Source: Prevotella sp. (GTDB lineage Bacteria > Bacteroidota > Bacteroidia > Bacteroidales > Dysgonomonadaceae). Taken from it: a stretch of 56,330 nt of DNA. Where the stretch lies: NCBI GenBank assembly GCA_031285625.1, contig JAITVV010000038.1, positions 1 through 56,330 on the forward strand, written 5' to 3'. The notes under the pieces were generated by a model. That model searched no databases and was not told where the DNA came from. It worked only from the letters and a program-made list of their open reading frames with translations. Of this stretch, positions 51,811-56,330 are shown piece after piece; positions within the stretch are counted from its first letter, which is position 1, and each line of letters starts with the position of its first letter. Both the position numbers and the translations under genes were made by a program.

Positions 51811-51886
51811 TCTTTGCTTTAGCCTGATACGAATATGAAACAATGAATAAAATAGTTTTGTATATTTGCATATAATAAACTTTATT

Positions 51887-53149
51887 ATGAATGCCATAAA
51901 ATACATATTATTTATTGTTTTATATTCGGTCTGTTTATCTGTCTCAGCACAAGCATATCACACACAACCGGTCTCTCCTGAAATATATACAATACAGGTA
52001 AACAGAAACGGTGACTGGAGTCAACTTCCGGTTTTAGGGTTAAATAGCAGTGATTATATCAACATCAGTTTCGACCGTATATCCGACAATTCATTCAATA
52101 GGCTACGATACAGGGTTCTTCATTGTGATGCTTATTGGAAACCAAGCAGAGAATTAGCTGAAATAGACTATTTGAACGGCTTCAATGATAATCCGATAGA
52201 GGACTATAATGCTTCTATAAATACAACTGTAGAATATACCCACTTCAATTTAGACATTCCAAATAAGGATATAAATCTGAAATTATCAGGCAACTACGTA
52301 GTAGAAGTATATGAAGACGGGGTACCTGATGAAATATTGTTAACAGCCTGTTTTTCAATTGTAGATGCTCAGGTTAGCATTGGCCCTACGATTTCGTCGA
52401 ATACTGATATAGATACCAACAGGGCACATCAGCAATTATCATTTACCATACTTCACCAAAACCTCAATATACGGGATCCGTTTGCAGACCTGAAAGTATT
52501 TGCATGGCAAAACAACAGGCTGGATACTGAAAGACAGGAAATAAAACCAACCTATGTAAATACAGGTAAGCTTATTTATGAGCATAACCGCAATCTGATA
52601 TTTGAAGCCGGAAATGAATACCGCCGTTTCGAAACAGCAAGCCACAGATATAATGGTATGAACGTAGAGCACATCGAATATCAACGTCCAACCTACAATA
52701 TGTTTCTGGTAACAGACAAAGTACGTGCTAATAGAGGATACAGCTATGATCAGGATCAGGATGGTAAATTCATTATAAGAAGTAATGAGACCGATAATAG
52801 TGAGTCAGGAGCCGATTATTTCAATACTATCTTTTCGTTGGAAATGGATGCCCCTATTTCAGAAGACATCTTTGTTAACGGAAGCTTTACCAACAACAAC
52901 TTCACTGAAAAATACAGACTGGTGTATGATGAGGAAAGTAAGACTTATAGTTTACCCCTGCTCTTAAAACAAGGGCTCTATAACTATCAATACCTCACTA
53001 AGTCCGGAACGAATTACAGTACAGGAAAGATAGAGGGTAATTACTATGAGGCGGAAAATGAATATCAGATATTTGTGTACTATCGCCCATCAGGGCAACG
53101 ATACGATAGCCTCATTGGCGTGCAGAATATGCAGTCAAGAAAGAAATAA
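51887..53149 (+). CDS. DUF5103 / type IX secretion system plug protein
   Basis: SGNY, FEAGNEYRRF, LLKQGLYNYQY, EGNYYEAENEY. Confidence 0.85.
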   Translation: MNAIKYILFIVLYSVCLSVSAQAYHTQPVSPEIYTIQVNRNGDWSQLPVLGLNSSDYINISFDRISDNSFNRLRYRVLHCDAYWKPSRELAEIDYLNGFNDNPIEDYNASINTTVEYTHFNLDIPNKDINLKLSGNYVVEVYEDGVPDEILLTACFSIVDAQVSIGPTISSNTDIDTNRAHQQLSFTILHQNLNIRDPFADLKVFAWQNNRLDTERQEIKPTYVNTGKLIYEHNRNLIFEAGNEYRRFETASHRYNGMNVEHIEYQRPTYNMFLVTDKVRANRGYSYDQDQDGKFIIRSNETDNSESGADYFNTIFSLEMDAPISEDIFVNGSFTNNNFTEKYRLVYDEESKTYSLPLLLKQGLYNYQYLTKSGTNYSTGKIEGNYYEAENEYQIFVYYRPSGQRYDSLIGVQNMQSRKK

Positions 53150-53155
53150 GAATAG

Positions 53156-53187
53156 AAAAACCTGCAAACTTAATGGTTTACAGGCTT
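53156..53187. terminator. Terminator between convergent genes
   Basis: AAAAACCTGCAAAC..GTTTACAGG; U-run on the minus strand. Confidence 0.65.
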
Positions 53188-53210
53188 CTATCTAAATATC
53201 CGTACTTATT

Positions 53211-54191
53211 TTAAATAGAAAGAACTTTTAATGTTTCTACCAGATCCGGTTGGATTGGTTTATTCTTCTTCACAGCCTTTGAGAATGGCACATACACAAT
53301 CACATCATTTTGAATACCAATCATAACATTGCGCTGACCATCAAGTAATGCATCGATAGCTGCAGCCCCCATCCTGCTGGCAAGAATACGGTCATTTGCA
53401 GTTGGTGAACCTCCACGCTGAACATGTCCCAGAATAGTCACACGTACATCGTACTGAGGGAATTCAGTCTTTACACGTTCTGCCATGGCCATAGCACCGC
53501 CTGTAATATCACCTTCGGTTACTAGCACTAAACTACTGTTTTTGCTCTTACGGAATCCATTAGAAATGAGATCGCCTAACTGGTCTTGCCCGATAGACAT
53601 TTCCGGGATTATAGCAGCTTCTGCCCCTGATGCAATAGCACCATTCAAAGCAAGAATACCACATTCACGTCCCATCACTTCAATAAAGAACAGACGCTCA
53701 TGCGAGCTGGCGGTATCACGTATTTTATCTACAGCCTGCATTATAGTATTCAGAGCCGTATCATAACCAATGGTTAAGTCTGTACCCTGCAAATCGTTAT
53801 CGATAGTGCCTGGCAAGCCAACTATAGGATAATTAAACTCCTGAGCAAAAATACGTGCTCCGGTAAGTGAACCGTCTCCACCAATAACAACCAAAGCATC
53901 TATACCTTCCCGTTGAAGGGCCTCATAAGCGATCTGACGTCCTTCGGGAGTCTGAAATTCCTTACTCCGCGCTGTCTTTAGAATAGTTCCTCCCTGTTGT
54001 ATTATATTACTTACGCTATTCGTTTTGAAAGGTTCTATTTCATCGAAAATCAATCCTTTGTAACCACGCATAATACCTTTTACTTCCAATCCATTATAGA
54101 TTGCAGTACGTGTTACAGCACGAATAGCAGCATTCATTCCGGGAGCATCACCTCCTGAAGTCAGGATACCAATACACTTAATGTTAGCCAT
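53211..54191 (-). CDS. pfkA: ATP-dependent 6-phosphofructokinase
   Basis: [27 protein letters not shown]. Confidence 0.98.
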   Translation of the reverse strand: MANIKCIGILTSGGDAPGMNAAIRAVTRTAIYNGLEVKGIMRGYKGLIFDEIEPFKTNSVSNIIQQGGTILKTARSKEFQTPEGRQIAYEALQREGIDALVVIGGDGSLTGARIFAQEFNYPIVGLPGTIDNDLQGTDLTIGYDTALNTIMQAVDKIRDTASSHERLFFIEVMGRECGILALNGAIASGAEAAIIPEMSIGQDQLGDLISNGFRKSKNSSLVLVTEGDITGGAMAMAERVKTEFPQYDVRVTILGHVQRGGSPTANDRILASRMGAAAIDALLDGQRNVMIGIQNDVIVYVPFSKAVKKNKPIQPDLVETLKVLSI

Positions 54192-54289
54192 AATGTTATT
54201 TATAATTTATTCTTACTTTTCTTTTTTCTAAATCCAGTGCAAAAGTAAGAATAAATTTATTCATTTGGTAATTTAAGTTGTCTATTTGG

Positions 54290-55165
54290 CTAAATTAACA
54301 CCGATCTTATATCCTCTATTTTAGCCTCCACTTCTTCCATTTGCCACTTTGGTGTAGATGTGGCACCACAGATACCAATTGAAGCTGTTTTGCTTACCAG
54401 TGCTGGATCTATATCTGACGGAGTAGTAATAAAATAAGAATGAGGATTATATTTTTTACATTCGGCAAATAATACTTTCCCATTCGAACTTTTTTCACCT
54501 GCCACAAAGAAAATAATATCATTCTTGAGCGCAAACTCCTTAATATTTGGTATACGGTTAGATACCTGACGGCAAATAGTATCGAAAAATTCGAATTTAG
54601 CATCACCGATCATACGGCTTTGTATAATATCTATTATTTCCTGAAAACCATCCAGAGGTTTTGTGGTCTGAGAGAAAAGACAAATATTCTTAGAAAAATC
54701 GAGTTTTTCCAAATCCTCCTTCTTTTCTATAACAATAGCACTCGACTCTGTTTGTCCCAGCAATCCATTTACTTCAGCATGTCCATTCTTACCATAAATA
54801 ACGATCTGGGTATTATTATCCTTTTCGTTATCGTACTTGTCATGTATTTTCTTCTGCAAACGTAGCACAACAGGACATGATGCATCTATAATCTCAATAT
54901 TATTATCTTTTGCAGTCTGATAAGTTGATGGTGGTTCACCATGAGCCCGCAAGAGTACTCTTACATTCTTCAATTGGGCAAACTCTTCATGATTAATAGT
55001 TTTCAGTCCCAGTTTCTCCAGTCTGTCGACTTCCAGATTATTGTGAACGATGTCACCTAAACAATACAGTACGCCACCTTTGGCCAGCTCCTCCTCTGCT
55101 TTTTTAATGGCATTAACCACTCCAAAGCAAAAACCTGACTTAGCATCTATTTCTATGTTACTCAT
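54290..55165 (-). CDS. ispH: 4-hydroxy-3-methylbut-2-enyl diphosphate reductase
   Basis: GFCFGV, IVHN, DASCP, SQTT, DTIC, SSN, GATSTP. Confidence 0.97.
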   Translation of the reverse strand: MSNIEIDAKSGFCFGVVNAIKKAEEELAKGGVLYCLGDIVHNNLEVDRLEKLGLKTINHEEFAQLKNVRVLLRAHGEPPSTYQTAKDNNIEIIDASCPVVLRLQKKIHDKYDNEKDNNTQIVIYGKNGHAEVNGLLGQTESSAIVIEKKEDLEKLDFSKNICLFSQTTKPLDGFQEIIDIIQSRMIGDAKFEFFDTICRQVSNRIPNIKEFALKNDIIFFVAGEKSSNGKVLFAECKKYNPHSYFITTPSDIDPALVSKTASIGICGATSTPKWQMEEVEAKIEDIRSVLI

Positions 55166-55857
55166 TAATTTGTAGTTATTTGTTTGAACTTCTCTAGCAA
55201 CCATTGCATCTGTTCGTCAATGGTCATATATGAATTATCCAGAAGAATAGCATCATCCGCTTTTACCAATGGACTTTCTGCCCGCGTCTGATCTAAATGA
55301 TCTCTGGTTTTTAAATTCTCTAATACTTCTTCAAAAGTAGTTTTCATATCCCCTTTGGAACGCAATTCATCAAAACGCCTCTGTGCCCTTATTTCAGCAT
55401 CAGCTGTTACAAATACTTTTAGTTCGGCATCAGGAAAAACAACCGTACCGATATCGCGTCCATCCATCACAATCCCCTTAGCCTTACCCATCTCTTGTTG
55501 TAAAGCAACCATTGCATGGCGTACAAAAGGAATAGCGCTTACTACACTTACTTTAGAAGATACTTCCATGCTTCGGATCCTGGCCTCAACATTCTCTCCA
55601 TTCAGGTAGGTATCGGGAGTGCCGGTTTCCTTATTCAGATGGAATTCTACTTTTATATTTTCTATTTCGTTATGCAATTGTGCCTCATCGAGGCTATCAC
55701 CATTAAACAGATTGTGTTCGATACAATATAGTGTAACCGCTCTGTACATCGCGCCACTGTCAATATAGATATATCCAATCTCTTTTGCCAGACTCTTGGC
55801 CATAGTACTTTTTCCGTTTGATGAAAAGCCGTCAACTGCAATAACTATTTTTCTCAT
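55165..55857 (-). CDS. cmk: Cytidylate kinase
   Basis: [21 protein letters not shown]. Confidence 0.97.
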   Translation of the reverse strand: MRKIVIAVDGFSSNGKSTMAKSLAKEIGYIYIDSGAMYRAVTLYCIEHNLFNGDSLDEAQLHNEIENIKVEFHLNKETGTPDTYLNGENVEARIRSMEVSSKVSVVSAIPFVRHAMVALQQEMGKAKGIVMDGRDIGTVVFPDAELKVFVTADAEIRAQRRFDELRSKGDMKTTFEEVLENLKTRDHLDQTRAESPLVKADDAILLDNSYMTIDEQMQWLLEKFKQITTN

Positions 55858-56059
55858 ACTTTACTTATAGAACATTTAATCAATATAAATGTTTTTCCTG
55901 TTAGTTATAAATTTTGTTTATCAAGAGACAAAGATAATCTTAATTTTCATACCTAAAATTTAAGTTTTAAGACTATAAGATATTCTAATACCTTAAAAAG
56001 GTAACAATAACCACAAAATAGTATAAAACACAAACAATTAACAGTCAAATAGCTACATC

Positions 56060-56119
56060 AAAAAGGTGACAAAAGTAACACTTTTCGGCCGTAATTTATT
56101 TTTCGATGTTTGTTACTTT
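56060..56119 (+). repeat. Intergenic GTGACA/GTAACA element, copy C
   Basis: 21-mer identical to copy A, followed by TGTTACTTT. Confidence 0.75.
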
Positions 56120-56220
56120 TCGAATTAAAAACTCTATTAATAATGATGTGAATCAGTATTTAGAACTGTTATTCAGTATGTTCTATTCAATTATACTACG
56201 CGCAATCACAGATTGCTTGT

Positions 56221-56250
56221 GTTCCTTTTTTCCAAATCAAAAAAAGGAAC
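56221..56250. repeat. Hairpin at window end
   Basis: GTTCCTTTTTT...AAAAAAGGAAC. Confidence 0.5.
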
Positions 56251-56330
56251 CAAAAATGCTTTTGCGCCTCGCTTCAATGTACGACCCGTTAACGTACCGG
56301 ACGGCTAAACGAAAAAACTCGCTGGAAAGT

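Overview
Low-GC Bacteroidota chromosome segment, probably Dysgonomonas-like (inferred from gene content, TAnnTTTG promoters and T9SS components). It has two halves divided by a minus-strand tRNA-Ser(TGA) at 32582-32666. The left half (1-32.5 kb) is an accessory, partly decayed island. It holds a GNAT/HisRS-like/AraC operon, a conjugative-element remnant (two excisionase-like HTH genes) and a tandem array of three uncharacterised paralogs plus a TPR gene. It also holds many AraC/LuxR/HxlR regulators, a stress/detox operon (SDR, CMD-cupin, alpha/beta hydrolase, DUF3737, PatB, EamA), a fused trehalose synthase/phosphatase with a GH15 gene, and several pseudogenes. The right half is mostly core genome (ilvA, lepA, speA, L,D-transpeptidase, folC, radA, aroK, T9SS plug, pfkA, ispH, cmk). 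The best candidate for an undescribed system is the 3.7-8.1 kb cassette array. Its paralogs have conserved termini and variable cores, there is a 3' scar of a lost fourth copy, and the TPR gene is broken by a 56-bp micro-inversion that restores frame and repeat when flipped. Also notable are a stand-alone HisRS-like protein, a three-copy intergenic GTGACA/GTAACA element and an AraC operator readable from the sequence. All family calls are from motif recognition; no searches were run.
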